Below the pieces are notes generated by a model. That model was not told where the DNA came from and ran no database searches. It saw only the letters and a program-made list of their open reading frames with translations. A stretch of 64,000 nt of DNA from an uncultured bacterium. Lineage in GTDB: Bacteria; Patescibacteriota; Minisyncoccia; UBA6257; 2-01-FULL-56-20. Positions 1-10,416 of this stretch are shown here, piece by piece. The position numbers were made by a program, and so were the translations under genes. The stretch lies in assembly GCA_963707865.1 (NCBI GenBank), contig OY970175.1:16748-80747 (forward strand). The letters run 5' to 3'. How positions within the stretch are numbered: position 1 is the first letter of the stretch; each line of letters opens with the position of its first letter.

Positions 1-111
1 CGGAAGATCGCGGAAAAGAAGCTGCCGGACTTAAACACCGACAATCTGGACGCGGCGGAAAAAATCATCCGCGGCACCGCGCGGAACATGGGGATAGAGG
101 TGACGGACTAA
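1..111 (+). CDS. rplK: 50S ribosomal protein L11, 3' end (partial)
   Basis: Frame 1 reads [36 protein letters not shown], the L11 C-terminus. Confidence 0.93.
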   Translation, partial: RKIAEKKLPDLNTDNLDAAEKIIRGTARNMGIEVTD

Positions 112-160
112 GAGCGGTCAGTTTAGAAGAATCCGAGATGTGACATGCCGTAAGAAGTTT

Positions 161-634
161 TCAACGAGCAGGTTTCCGTGCGGTTGCTTGCAGTATTCTG
201 TGCCAGTGGTTATGCCCTGTCTCGTCGTCGTAATCGTCAATGATTTCGGTTGCGATCTCGGCGAAGCCACTATTATTTAGGAGATCGTGGATTTTGTGGA
301 TGGTCAAATCCGAGGTGCTCTGTTTGTCGGAGATGTCAAAGGTGCGCAGGAAGAGACATCCGCCCGGCTTCAAGTTGTCGTACGCAGTACGGATCAACTG
401 CGCACGATTTTCGAGTTTGTGCAGGACATAATTGGAATATACGAGGTCAAACGGAGCCGCATCGGATAAAAATGGCTTCTCCAAATCCGTGTCCATTTTT
501 ATGTCAACCCCCACCGCCTTCCATCCGAGCTGTTTAAGATCGTTCGCGTCAACGAGTTCGCCGGCTCCTAGGTCTAACGCCTTACCAGGAACATTAAAGT
601 TCTTCTTTATAAATTTTTCCAAAAACGGATTCAT
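161..634 (-). CDS. Class I SAM-dependent methyltransferase
   Basis: ALDLGAG motif I; FDLVYSNYVLH; LKPGG. Confidence 0.85.
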   Translation of the reverse strand: MNPFLEKFIKKNFNVPGKALDLGAGELVDANDLKQLGWKAVGVDIKMDTDLEKPFLSDAAPFDLVYSNYVLHKLENRAQLIRTAYDNLKPGGCLFLRTFDISDKQSTSDLTIHKIHDLLNNSGFAEIATEIIDDYDDETGHNHWHRILQATARKPAR

Positions 635-713
635 GGTATCTTTAAAATCAATGATGGGGAATTTGACCTAAAAGTCAAATATCGTTTAATGAAGTTTTAA
701 GGTTTATAATGAG

Positions 714-1406
714 ATGAATCCTATGCCTACGCAAGGCAAGTTCATCGTGATAGAGGGAACGGACGGATCGGGGAAGACCGTGCAATTTGAGCGGCTGGTG
801 CTCGCGTTGCCCGAAGGCACGAAGCTGGGGACGCTGGACTTCCCGCAGTACGGGGAGCCGTCGTCGTATTTCGTGGAGAAATATCTTACCGGGAAATACG
901 GTGGCGAGCTCGGACCATATGCGGCATCTGTCCTTTTCGCCGTGGATCGCTTTGACGTCAAATTGAAAATCCTTCAGTGGTTGGGAGAGGAAAGGATCGT
1001 TCTCGCGAACCGGTATGTTGCGTCCAATATGGCGTATCAGGGAGCAAAGATTGCTCACAGAGGAGAGCGCGAAGAATTTTATCGCTGGCTCCATGAGCTG
1101 GAATTCGGAACCCTCGGTGTTCCAAAACCGTACATAAATATCGTGCTGCATGTTCCCGCAGAAATTTCCTACAAGCTTGCGGGAAAAAGTCATGCGCGGG
1201 AGCACCATGGAGGTGGGAACGAAGCACGCGATCTCCACGAGGCGGACTTTGCGTACCAGAAGTGTGCGGAGGAAGTATACCTGGAAATCGCCGCGCTTTT
1301 TCCCAAGGAATTTGAAGTGATTGAATGCGCGCCGGAAGGCGTCCTTCTTTCGACGGACGAGATCCATGCCCTTGTGTGGCAAGTCGTCCAAAATGTTTTG
1401 GGTTGA
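714..1406 (+). CDS. tmk: Thymidylate kinase
   Basis: FIVIEGTDGSGKT P-loop; ANRYVASNMAYQG. Confidence 0.92.
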   Translation: MNPMPTQGKFIVIEGTDGSGKTVQFERLVLALPEGTKLGTLDFPQYGEPSSYFVEKYLTGKYGGELGPYAASVLFAVDRFDVKLKILQWLGEERIVLANRYVASNMAYQGAKIAHRGEREEFYRWLHELEFGTLGVPKPYINIVLHVPAEISYKLAGKSHAREHHGGGNEARDLHEADFAYQKCAEEVYLEIAALFPKEFEVIECAPEGVLLSTDEIHALVWQVVQNVLG

Positions 1407-1462
1407 TATGCAGTAGCCGCGCAACCTTTACTTTGTGCCGCGAATCGCGAATAATCAAACCA

Positions 1463-2896
1463 ATGGCGACTGCGAAAAAATATAAGCCGACCATCGGCTT
1501 GGAAATCCACGCGGAATTGAAAACGCGGACGAAGATGTTCTGTGATTCGCTGAATGATCCGGGGGAAAGGCGTCCAAATGTGAACGTCTGCCCGGTGTGT
1601 CTCGGGCATCCGGGGACATTGCCTGTTCCAAACAAGCGGGCGATAGAATACGTGCTGAAAACCGGACTCGCGCTCGGCGGACACGCGAACGCGGTCACCA
1701 AATTTGACCGCAAAAATTATTTCTATCCCGACCTCCCGAAGGGCTATCAGATTTCGCAGTACGACAAGCCGCTCATCCACGGCGGCGAATTAATGGGCGT
1801 CCGTATCCGGCGGGTCCACCTGGAAGAAGACACGGGGACACTCGTGCACGCGGGGGATGCCTCGCTCGTGGATTACAACCGTTCCGGCGTGCCTTTGATG
1901 GAACTTGTGACGGAGCCGGACTTACATAGTGCGGGCGACACTACCGCCTTCGCGCGTGAGCTCCAGCTCATATTGCGCTACCTCGGCGTTTCGGACGCCA
2001 ACATGGAAAAAGGGGAGATGCGCATTGAGGCAAACGTGAGCTTGGACATGGGCACAAAGGTGGAGCTCAAAAATATCAATTCGTTCAAGGCGGTGCACGA
2101 TGCGGTGGAATATGAACTCACGCGGCAGGAAGAGGCGCTTGCGCGCGGGGAGAAATTGACGCAAGAAACGCGGGGCTGGGACGAGGCGAAACAAAAAACC
2201 GTGTCACAGCGCTCAAAGGAGGAGGCGCACGATTATCGCTATTTTCCCGAACCGGACATCCCGCCGTTTGAAGCGATTGCGTTTGAGCCCGAAAGGCTGC
2301 GCGAGACGCTGCCCGAACTTCCTGCACAAAAGCGCACGCGGTTCGCGCGGGAATACGGCTTGGACGCGAGACAGGTGGAAATTTTGGTCTCCGACCGTTT
2401 CGCTGCCGATTATTTTGAAGAAGCGTCGTCGGAACTTTGCGAGCAATTGTCGGGTGAGCGTTTGTCCGCCACCGCCGTTGCGACGCTCTATAATTATCTT
2501 ACGAGCGATCTGCGGGGTTTGATGAATGAGGGCGATGTGGCATTCTCGGAATTGAAAGTGACGCCCGAACACCTCGCGCACCTTGCAGCGCTCGTTGAAG
2601 AAAAGAAAATAACGAGTCGCCAGGCGAAGGACATGCTCGCGAGAATGTTCGCAACCGGCGACGATCCAGGAGAGATCACAGCGAGCGAGGGTATTGGCGT
2701 GGTTTCTGATATGGGCGAGATAGAAACGGTCGTGCGCGCGGTCGTTGCGGAAAATCCAACCGCGGTTGCCGATTATAAAAAGGGTAAGACCGCGAGCCTG
2801 CAATTCCTGATCGGCAAGGCGATGGGCAAGCTGAAGGGCCGCGCGCAGCCCACGACGCTCAAAGAACTTTTTGAACGCAATCTGAATGGCGCTTGA
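1463..2896 (+). CDS. gatB: Asp/Glu-tRNA amidotransferase subunit B
   Basis: IGLEIHAEL, FDRKNYFYPDLPKGYQISQ, DYRYFPEPD; start moved to MATAKKY. Confidence 0.96.
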   Translation: MATAKKYKPTIGLEIHAELKTRTKMFCDSLNDPGERRPNVNVCPVCLGHPGTLPVPNKRAIEYVLKTGLALGGHANAVTKFDRKNYFYPDLPKGYQISQYDKPLIHGGELMGVRIRRVHLEEDTGTLVHAGDASLVDYNRSGVPLMELVTEPDLHSAGDTTAFARELQLILRYLGVSDANMEKGEMRIEANVSLDMGTKVELKNINSFKAVHDAVEYELTRQEEALARGEKLTQETRGWDEAKQKTVSQRSKEEAHDYRYFPEPDIPPFEAIAFEPERLRETLPELPAQKRTRFAREYGLDARQVEILVSDRFAADYFEEASSELCEQLSGERLSATAVATLYNYLTSDLRGLMNEGDVAFSELKVTPEHLAHLAALVEEKKITSRQAKDMLARMFATGDDPGEITASEGIGVVSDMGEIETVVRAVVAENPTAVADYKKGKTASLQFLIGKAMGKLKGRAQPTTLKELFERNLNGA

Positions 2897-3788
2897 AGGA
2901 CGCTATGGCCTCGCGAGATTGCCGGATCCAGCGAAGGTCTTTATCTTTCCTGAACCACGAGAGCTGGCGTTTGGCGTAGCGCCACGTGTTGGTTTTGATG
3001 CGCGCCACCGCATCTTCGAGGGAGGTCTTTCCTTGGAGGTGGTTTACAAGCTCGCGGTAGCCGATGGCATTCAGCGCCTCGCAATCGGCACCATATTTTT
3101 TTAAGAGCCATCTGACTTCCTTGAGGAGCCCGGCGCACATCATCTGGTCCGCGCGGGCGTTAATGCGTTTTCGGAGCTCGCCCAAAGGGGGATTAAGTCC
3201 GATTCTCAACGTATCAAAAAGCGGCGCGCGCGTTTTGCGCTGAGCGGTGAATGGTTTCCCGGTTGCGAGCGCGACCTCAAGCGCCCGCACGACGCGCCGC
3301 GGATTTTTCAGATCTACGATGTCCGCCGCTTCGGGATCAAGCACCACAAGTTTTTTCGCGACCGCGGCGAGCCCTTTTTTCTTGATCTCGCATTCAATTG
3401 CAGCGCGTAGCGTTGGATCCGCGCTTACTTTTGGGATGTCAAGGTTGTCCAGTACCGCCCTTACGTACAGTCCCGTGCCGCCGACAAGAATAGGCAGTTT
3501 TTTTCTCCGCAAAATGTTTTTGATCGCAGCAATGGCATCCGCCTTGTACTCTGCGACCGTATAATGTTCGTCAGGATTTTTTATATCAATAAGATGATGG
3601 GGGACGGCGCGCCGTTCCGCCAAAGTCGGCTTTGCCGTACCGATGTCCATCCCACGATAAACCTGCCGCGAATCTGCGGAGACGATTTCGCCATTGAACT
3701 TTTTGGCCATGGCGGCCGCAAGCGCGGTTTTTCCGCTTGCCGTTGGGCCGACGACAGCCACTATCTTTTTATAGCTTCTTTCTCTCAA
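2859..3788 (-). CDS. miaA: tRNA dimethylallyltransferase
   Basis: GPTASGKT, SADSRQVYRGMDIGTAKP, VGGTGLY, YAKRQLSWF. Confidence 0.96.
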   Translation of the reverse strand: MRERSYKKIVAVVGPTASGKTALAAAMAKKFNGEIVSADSRQVYRGMDIGTAKPTLAERRAVPHHLIDIKNPDEHYTVAEYKADAIAAIKNILRRKKLPILVGGTGLYVRAVLDNLDIPKVSADPTLRAAIECEIKKKGLAAVAKKLVVLDPEAADIVDLKNPRRVVRALEVALATGKPFTAQRKTRAPLFDTLRIGLNPPLGELRKRINARADQMMCAGLLKEVRWLLKKYGADCEALNAIGYRELVNHLQGKTSLEDAVARIKTNTWRYAKRQLSWFRKDKDLRWIRQSREAIASFKRHSDCVQKVL

Positions 3789-5520
3789 TATTTTCTCTGA
3801 TGTTTTTCAGAAAATCATCTAAATTTTGCGAGCCCTCGTCTCCTTTTTTTGTCCGGACGGCCACCGCGCCGTTTTTTTGTTCTTTTTCGCCGACCACGAG
3901 TATAGAGGGGATTTTCATGAGCTCCGCTTCGCGGATGCGCTTGCCGAGCGACTCGTTCGCCTCCGAAAGTTCCGCGCGGACACCAGCGGTTGCAAGTTTT
4001 TCATAAACCTCGCGCGCATATTCGGAAAATTTTTCGCTTACGGGGAGCACGCATACTTGCGTGGGCGCGAGCCAGAGAGGGAAGGCACCCGCAAAATGTT
4101 CAATAAGGACGCCAAGGAACCGTTCAATGGAACCCATGATGGCGGCGTGGATCATGACGATCCGCTCATGTTCGCCTTTCTCGTTTACGCAGAAAAGATC
4201 AAAACGCTCCGGCATATTCATATCTAGTTGGATGGTCGCCACTTGGTGTTCGCGGCCGAGCGCGTCTTTTGCCATAAAGTCCAGCTTCGGGCCATAGAAT
4301 GCCGCTTCACCGACGCCTTCAAACGTTTCCGTCGTTTTCTCCGCTGCGATCTCGCGGAGCATGTTCTCCGCTTGCTTCCAGTGTTTCGCGTCGCCCAAGT
4401 ATTTTTCGGGATGTACTGGGTCGTGGAGCGAGAGCCGTACGCGGAGCGGAAAGCCGAACACGCCGTAGAACTCGTGCACAATGTCCCAAATTTTCACGAA
4501 CTCCTCTTTGGTTTGCGATTGCCGGCAGAAGACGTGCGCATCGTCCTGTGTGATCGCGAGGACACGCGTGATCCCCGCGAGCTCGCCCGATTGTTCATCA
4601 CGATATACTTTAGTGGTCGTTGCATACCGCTGCGGGAGTTCGCGGTAGCTCCATTGCCGGCGCGCGTAGATCTGCGCGTGGTGCGGGCAGTTCATCGGCT
4701 TCATGACGAAGAGGTGCCCCTCGCGCGTCGTTATTTTAAAAAGATCGTCTTTGAATTTTTCCCAATGGCCGCTTGTCTCGTAGAGCTCTTTTTTGGCAAG
4801 ATGGGGGATATCCACCTGCACATAGCCACGTTCCTCGCGGAGTTCCCAGACGAAATCGTCAAGGAGATTGCGGAGGAGCGTACCTTTCGGGGTCCAAAGG
4901 GGAAGTCCCGGTCCCACAAGGTCAGAAAACGTAAAAAGATCCAGCCGCTCACCAAGCTTTTTGTGATCGCGTTTCTCGGCCTCTTCGCGGAGCGTGAGGA
5001 AGTCACCCAATTCTTTTTTGCTCCCGAATGCGAGGCCATAGATGCGCTGGAGCATCGGATTTTTCTCGTTGCCGCGCCAGTAGGCGCCCGCGATCTTGTC
5101 CAATTTGAACGCGTCGCCGGGAATTTCTTTTGTGTTTTCCACATGCCCGCCGCGGCAAAGGTCCATAAAGACCTCGCCCGTGCGGTAGACGGTCAGCTTT
5201 TCACCGCCCTCCGAGAATTCTTTGACGAGTTCCAATTTGAACGGCTGGTTCTTGAAAAGTTTTTTTGCTTCGGCCACGGTCACGGGTTCGCCCGCGAACG
5301 GCATATTTTTGTTGACGAGACTCCGCATCGTTTTTTCAAATGTCTTCAGATCGTCGGGCGTGAGCGAGCGCGGCAGAAGAAAATCATAATAAAACCCGCT
5401 CTCAATCGTGGGGCCGATGCCGAGTTTCGCGTCCGGGAATTCCTTCAAGACCGCCGCGGCGAGCAAGTGGGCGAGCGAGTGGCGGATGGCATCCAACGAA
5501 GCAGGTTCCGATTTCGGCAT
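3769..5520 (-). CDS. thrS: Threonine-tRNA ligase (short form lacking the N-terminal TGS domain)
   Basis: DLCRGGHV, GAYWRG, KPMNCPHH, AAFYGPKLD. Confidence 0.97.
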   Translation of the reverse strand: MPKSEPASLDAIRHSLAHLLAAAVLKEFPDAKLGIGPTIESGFYYDFLLPRSLTPDDLKTFEKTMRSLVNKNMPFAGEPVTVAEAKKLFKNQPFKLELVKEFSEGGEKLTVYRTGEVFMDLCRGGHVENTKEIPGDAFKLDKIAGAYWRGNEKNPMLQRIYGLAFGSKKELGDFLTLREEAEKRDHKKLGERLDLFTFSDLVGPGLPLWTPKGTLLRNLLDDFVWELREERGYVQVDIPHLAKKELYETSGHWEKFKDDLFKITTREGHLFVMKPMNCPHHAQIYARRQWSYRELPQRYATTTKVYRDEQSGELAGITRVLAITQDDAHVFCRQSQTKEEFVKIWDIVHEFYGVFGFPLRVRLSLHDPVHPEKYLGDAKHWKQAENMLREIAAEKTTETFEGVGEAAFYGPKLDFMAKDALGREHQVATIQLDMNMPERFDLFCVNEKGEHERIVMIHAAIMGSIERFLGVLIEHFAGAFPLWLAPTQVCVLPVSEKFSEYAREVYEKLATAGVRAELSEANESLGKRIREAELMKIPSILVVGEKEQKNGAVAVRTKKGDEGSQNLDDFLKNIRENIERKKL

Positions 5521-5591
5521 GATATAGCCATTGTAAAACAGAAGTTGGGCATCTTCAAGCTTAACTTTTTGCGTTGAATGATATAGAATGA

Positions 5592-6875
5592 ATGAACATG
5601 CTGGATATTAAGATACTTCGCGAAGATTCTGAACGGATAAAAAAAGCGACCGTTGCAAAGAACGGCGACCCGAAGCTGGTGGACGAGTTTTTGAAATTGG
5701 ACGAGGAGTGGCGGAAGCTCACACAAGAGGTTGATGCGAAGCGTGCAGAGCAGAAGAAATTGAGCGAGAAGCGCGATGTTGAGGGCGGGAAGAAGAATAA
5801 AGAGGAGATTAAACTGCTCGCGGAAAAAATCGCGACAATTGAGAAAAAACGGCAGACAATTTGGGAAAAAATTCCGAATCTGCCGTCCGAAGACACGCCG
5901 GTCGGTAAGGACGAATTGGCGAACAAGGTGTTGCGCAAGAACGGCGAGCCCAAAAAGTTTGATTTTGAACCGAAGGACCACGTGGCGCTCGGCGAGGCGC
6001 TCGGGATTATTGATATTGAATCCGCTGGGAAGGTGGCGGGCAGTCGTTTTGCATATTTGAAAGGCGACCTCGCGCGCATGGAGTTCGCGCTCATTCAATA
6101 TGTGATGGAGGTGCTTACGGACGTTAAGATCATTGAATCAATAGCAGACGGCGTGAAGCCGGGATATTCCGCAAAGCCCTTCATGCCGGTCGTGCCGCCG
6201 GTCATGATCCGCCCGGAAGTGTTCCAGCGCATGGGGCGGCTTGAGCCAAAGGAAGAGCGGTATTACATGCCCGCCGACGATCTTTATTTGATCGGCTCCG
6301 CGGAACATACGCTGGGACCGCTGCATATGGATGAGACAATTCCCGAAGAAAAATTGCCGATCCGCTACCTCGGTTTCTCCACCGCCTTCCGGCGCGAGGC
6401 GGGTTCGTACGGAAAGGATGTGCGCGGCATCCTTCGCGTACACCAGTTTGATAAGCTGGAGCTGGAGAGTTTCACCGTGCCGGAGGACGGGATCACGGAA
6501 CAGGATTTTTTCGTGGCGGTGCAGGAATATTTGATGTGGTCGCTTGAGCTGCCGTATCAGGTGATCATTTGTTCCACGGGCGATCAGGGCGATCCGGATG
6601 CGCGGCACTTGGATATTGAAACGTGGCTGCCATCAGAGAAAAGATACCGCGAGACGCATTCGGCGGATTACATGACGGATTACCAGGCGCGGCGCCTCGG
6701 CACGCGCGTGCGTCGCAAGGATGGGAAGAGCGAAGTGGCGCACATGAACGATGCCACGGCGCTCGCAATCGGCCGCACGCTCATCGCGATCATGGAAAAT
6801 TATCAGACGAAAGAGGGGAAGATCGGCGTTCCGAAAGTGCTTCAGAAATACGTTGGGAAGGAGGTTATTGGTTGA
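5592..6875 (+). CDS. serS: Serine-tRNA ligase (start may be 5598)
   Basis: MLDIK, FRREAGSYGKD, GILRVHQFDKLE. Confidence 0.97.
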   Translation: MNMLDIKILREDSERIKKATVAKNGDPKLVDEFLKLDEEWRKLTQEVDAKRAEQKKLSEKRDVEGGKKNKEEIKLLAEKIATIEKKRQTIWEKIPNLPSEDTPVGKDELANKVLRKNGEPKKFDFEPKDHVALGEALGIIDIESAGKVAGSRFAYLKGDLARMEFALIQYVMEVLTDVKIIESIADGVKPGYSAKPFMPVVPPVMIRPEVFQRMGRLEPKEERYYMPADDLYLIGSAEHTLGPLHMDETIPEEKLPIRYLGFSTAFRREAGSYGKDVRGILRVHQFDKLELESFTVPEDGITEQDFFVAVQEYLMWSLELPYQVIICSTGDQGDPDARHLDIETWLPSEKRYRETHSADYMTDYQARRLGTRVRRKDGKSEVAHMNDATALAIGRTLIAIMENYQTKEGKIGVPKVLQKYVGKEVIG

Positions 6876-6882
6876 TGCGCGC

Positions 6883-7704
6883 ATGAAAATCGGGGTCTTT
6901 GACTCTGGTTTGGGCGGGCTGTTTATCATGCGGGCTTTGGCGCGCGAACTTCCTCAATACGACTATGTATATCTTGGCGACACGCAACGGGTGCCGTATG
7001 GCAATCGCTCGCCGGAGACGATATATCAATTTTTGGAAGAAGCCGTTTATTTTTTGTTCAAGAGAAATTGCAACCTTATTATCGTCGCGTGCAATACGGC
7101 GTCCGCGGAAGCGCTCCGTAAGATCCAACGGCAGTATCTTCCGCGGCATTATCCAAAACGGCGAGTCCTCGGCGTAATAATCCCCACAGTGGAAGAGGCC
7201 CTCGCAACTGTCAGCGAGAGCAATACTGGAAGGGTTTCAGCACTAAGGCGGCTCGGTGTGCTCGCCACCACGGGTACTGTTCGATCGGGAACTTATGTGC
7301 GGGAGGTGCGTAAACTGAATCCGCGTGCGAAGGTTTTCCAAAATGCCGCACCGCTACTTGTTCCTTTGATTGAAAACGACGGGCTGCAATGGGCGGACCC
7401 GATTGTACGCGTATATCTCGCGCCGCTCACGCGGAAAAAAGTAGAAAAGATCGTTTTAGGATGTACGCATTATCCCGCTCTTAAAAAAACGATTCAAAAG
7501 GCAGCCGGCGTCCCCGTGATTTCCCAGGATGAGATCATTCCGCGCAAATTAAAAGATTATTTAAAGCGCCACCCGGAGATAGATTCGCGGTTGGACAAGA
7601 AGCGCAGAAGGGAACTCCTCGTTACGGACATCACGCCGGCGTATGTGAGATTATCTCGGAAGTGGTTCGGGAAAACTGCAAAACTGAAAAGCGTTGTGTT
7701 GTGA
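6883..7704 (+). CDS. murI: Glutamate racemase
   Basis: IGVFDSGLGG, VACNTAS, LGCTHYP. Confidence 0.96.
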   Translation: MKIGVFDSGLGGLFIMRALARELPQYDYVYLGDTQRVPYGNRSPETIYQFLEEAVYFLFKRNCNLIIVACNTASAEALRKIQRQYLPRHYPKRRVLGVIIPTVEEALATVSESNTGRVSALRRLGVLATTGTVRSGTYVREVRKLNPRAKVFQNAAPLLVPLIENDGLQWADPIVRVYLAPLTRKKVEKIVLGCTHYPALKKTIQKAAGVPVISQDEIIPRKLKDYLKRHPEIDSRLDKKRRRELLVTDITPAYVRLSRKWFGKTAKLKSVVL

Positions 7705-7722
7705 ACTAAAAGCTGGCCACCA

Positions 7723-8043
7723 TTATTCTCGAGTTTCTAGCGGATAAAGATCATAAGCTATTTCCTCATAAGGATGGACTCTTTTCAGGGCAGCCAATAC
7801 TTCAGTAACTAATTCAGAATCACATTGGCACTCAATTCTTTCTTCTTCTACTTCTTCAAACTTTCCTACTTCACCTATTGCTGGTTTCGCGCCTTGTTCG
7901 GGCTTGAATCGGCCAACGCCCCTAACGCTAAAACTACAGAAGGAATAAGCTCCGAGCTTCCCAGCTCCGGCTTGGCCAATAGCTTTTCTCGCTTGTTCTG
8001 CATAAGGTACAGGAATCGTGAAAACGAGTTTGTATTTGGACAT
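7723..8043 (-). CDS. YqfO/Nif3 PII-like small domain protein
   Basis: AGAGKLGAYSFCSF...GRFKP...HPYEEIAYD. Confidence 0.8.
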   Translation of the reverse strand: MSKYKLVFTIPVPYAEQARKAIGQAGAGKLGAYSFCSFSVRGVGRFKPEQGAKPAIGEVGKFEEVEEERIECQCDSELVTEVLAALKRVHPYEEIAYDLYPLETRE

Positions 8044-8087
8044 GAATATATTATAACAACCCAGAAATCTTCTGCGAAATATACCCG

Positions 8088-9239
8088 CTATGGACAAACA
8101 ATCCGCCGGATCTGCGCAGGCAGTCTGATGAACAGCTCGTACGGAATCGTCCCGCAGAGCTTCGCCATGTTTTCTACGGAGTTCGGCGCGCCGCGCTCGG
8201 CGCTCACGACGAGTACTTCGTCGTCAATCTGCGGATGGGGAACTCGCGAGACATCAAGGGAGGTCATGTTCATATTGATGCGGCCGACATAGGGGCAGGA
8301 GACGCCGGCCACGGTGGCCGTGCCGCAATTTGAAAGCCGGCGGTCAATGCCTTCCGCGTAGCCGACGGGGATCGTGGCAATAGTCACTTCTTTTTTGGCT
8401 TTGAATGTCCCGTGGTAGCCGACACTTTCTCCGGGCTTCACGGTTCGCACCGAAGTGATGCGCGTTTTCATCTCAAGTACGGGCTTGAGATCAAGATCCT
8501 GGTTTTGGCTCGTGTTCACACCATAAAGGCCGATGCCAAGGCGCATAAGATTGGCGTCAATCTCGCGGGAATAGTGGCTCCCCGCCGTGTTGCTCAAATG
8601 AAAAAAACGCACGTTTGAATTTCCTGGGGGATGTTTTTCTCTCACTACGCGTACTGCGGCATTCCACCGTTCAATTTGTGTTTTTGTATGCGCGGATGCG
8701 GGGGTATCGGCGTCTGCAAGATGGGAATATACCCCTTCAAGCGCGATCTGCTTGTTCTGGGCGATGACGTGAAGCGCCTCCCCCAGCTCTTCTAGGAGGA
8801 TACCCTGCCGGTGCATGCCGGTGTCAATTTTAAGATGGATTACGACGGGACGCCGCCGCGCAAGAGAAAGCCGCTGCAGTTCCGCGAGGCTCGTGATGCC
8901 GAACGACATGTTTTTCAACGTGCTTCGCAGAATGTTCGGGAGCGGTGTGTAGCCGAGAATAAGCAGCGGCGTGCGCACCCCCTCGTTTCTTAAGATGAGT
9001 GCTTCCACATACGAATCTATGCACAGGAAGTGGAGCGATTGATCGTCAAGAATTTTTGCGACTTGGACGAGGCCGTGGCCATACGCGTTGCTTTTGAGCA
9101 CGGGGGCGATCACGACGCCCGGATTCACCACCTGAAATTGCCGGAGGTTGTGGAGGATCCGGTCGCGATGGATGACGATGATAATGAGCGGCTCATAGCG
9201 GAACCGCAGGCTCCTGATTTTGCGGAATAAAATCCTCAT
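8088..9239 (-). CDS. alr: Alanine racemase
   Basis: VLKSNAYGHG PLP lysine; HLKIDTGMHRQG; GYAEG. Confidence 0.95.
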   Translation of the reverse strand: MRILFRKIRSLRFRYEPLIIIVIHRDRILHNLRQFQVVNPGVVIAPVLKSNAYGHGLVQVAKILDDQSLHFLCIDSYVEALILRNEGVRTPLLILGYTPLPNILRSTLKNMSFGITSLAELQRLSLARRRPVVIHLKIDTGMHRQGILLEELGEALHVIAQNKQIALEGVYSHLADADTPASAHTKTQIERWNAAVRVVREKHPPGNSNVRFFHLSNTAGSHYSREIDANLMRLGIGLYGVNTSQNQDLDLKPVLEMKTRITSVRTVKPGESVGYHGTFKAKKEVTIATIPVGYAEGIDRRLSNCGTATVAGVSCPYVGRINMNMTSLDVSRVPHPQIDDEVLVVSAERGAPNSVENMAKLCGTIPYELFIRLPAQIRRIVCP

Positions 9240-9264
9240 AGTGTTATTATCATTATATAGGTAT

Positions 9265-10125
9265 ATGGAACTTGACGCATACCTCTCCGATAAACAAAAA
9301 AAGCGTAAAAGGAAGCGGCGGTACGGATACGCCATCCTTGTGTGTGCATTCATTTTTTTTCTTGTGCTCGGCGCCGCATGGGTTGCATTCCGCTCGCCGT
9401 GGCTTCGTATAAAAAACATCACGGTGGAGGGAAATAGCGCGGTATCTTCCGACAGCGTGACGACGTTGCTCCAATCAAGCGTGCTCCGCGACCATAATTT
9501 CTTGAAATCACTCCTCGGCATCAACAATATGCTCATCTGGCCGAGCACGCTCGCGACGAGCGACCTAGTGTTTGTCCCGCAGCTTGCATCGGTCGCGATC
9601 GCAAAGGACTATGTTTCGCGTACGGTTGCTATAGAGGTGACGGAGCGCGCGCCGTTCGGAATATGGTGCTTTGTCTCCAGCATTTCCGGACCACTCGCGC
9701 CCGCGGCGGTCGCATCCGACACCGCGTCATCGGAAGACGAGAACTGTTATTGGTTTGATAACCAGGGGGTTCTTTTTAGCAGGACGTTTGATACGCAGGG
9801 GAGCTTGATGTTCGCCATCCACGATTATTCCCAAAACGGCCGCGGTCTCAACAACAGGGCCTTGCCGGATGAGTTCGTGCCGAATCTCATTTCCATCGTG
9901 AACGTGATCCGGGCGAGCGGCGTTCATGTAGACGATGTGGCGCTCAGAGACATCGGTCTCCAAGAAATTGACGTCACGACCTACGACGGCCCGTCGCTTT
10001 ATTTCAGTTTGCGCTTTCCAGCGGACGAGGATTTGTCTGTTCTCCAAAATCTAATGGCCAAGCCCGGCTTTAATAAGCTACAATATGTTGACTTCCGGGT
10101 AGAGAACCGCGCGTATTACAAATAA
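9265..10125 (+). CDS. Cell division protein FtsQ/DivIB-like
   Basis: Basic N-terminus, one TM helix, POTRA-like IKNITVEGN, C-terminal YVDFRVENRAYYK. Confidence 0.75.
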   Translation: MELDAYLSDKQKKRKRKRRYGYAILVCAFIFFLVLGAAWVAFRSPWLRIKNITVEGNSAVSSDSVTTLLQSSVLRDHNFLKSLLGINNMLIWPSTLATSDLVFVPQLASVAIAKDYVSRTVAIEVTERAPFGIWCFVSSISGPLAPAAVASDTASSEDENCYWFDNQGVLFSRTFDTQGSLMFAIHDYSQNGRGLNNRALPDEFVPNLISIVNVIRASGVHVDDVALRDIGLQEIDVTTYDGPSLYFSLRFPADEDLSVLQNLMAKPGFNKLQYVDFRVENRAYYK

Positions 10126-10131
10126 GCTGAA

Positions 10132-10298
10132 CCCTTCTTTTGTCTTTGCCGCTCACGCTGCGAACTTGAGAAATCTAGCTCGCTCATATACGAAAATCAG
10201 CCACCCTGGTCGCTGCTCCCGGGTACCCGGCGGAGTTTCTATTCGCTCGCTGATTTCTACCTCATTCTCCGCTACGAGCGGAAAATACAAAAGAAGGG
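10132..10298. repeat. 167-bp imperfect rod-like palindrome
   Basis: CCCTTCTTTTGT..ACAAAAGAAGGG ends with nested arms CCGCTC/GAGCGG, GAAATC/GATTTC, ACCC/GGGT. Confidence 0.75.
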
Positions 10299-10416
10299 CT
10301 CCATGTTTTTGGTTGGAATCGAGCATGCTTTTAAAAGTTGTTCGGATCCTCTCCCGTGCACTAAATAAAATTCTAGGCTCCGAGATCTTGCGGGATCGGA
10401 GCCTGCGAACGGGGTG

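Noticed and set aside
4228-5577. Long antisense ORFs (also 12085-13179, 22027-23049, 54423-55367, 61767-62768)
   Set aside because: Shadows of well-supported genes on the opposite strand, with no recognisable motifs
5521-5597. T-box leaders for thrS and serS (also alaS, valS)
   Set aside because: Spacers are too short and have no T-box consensus
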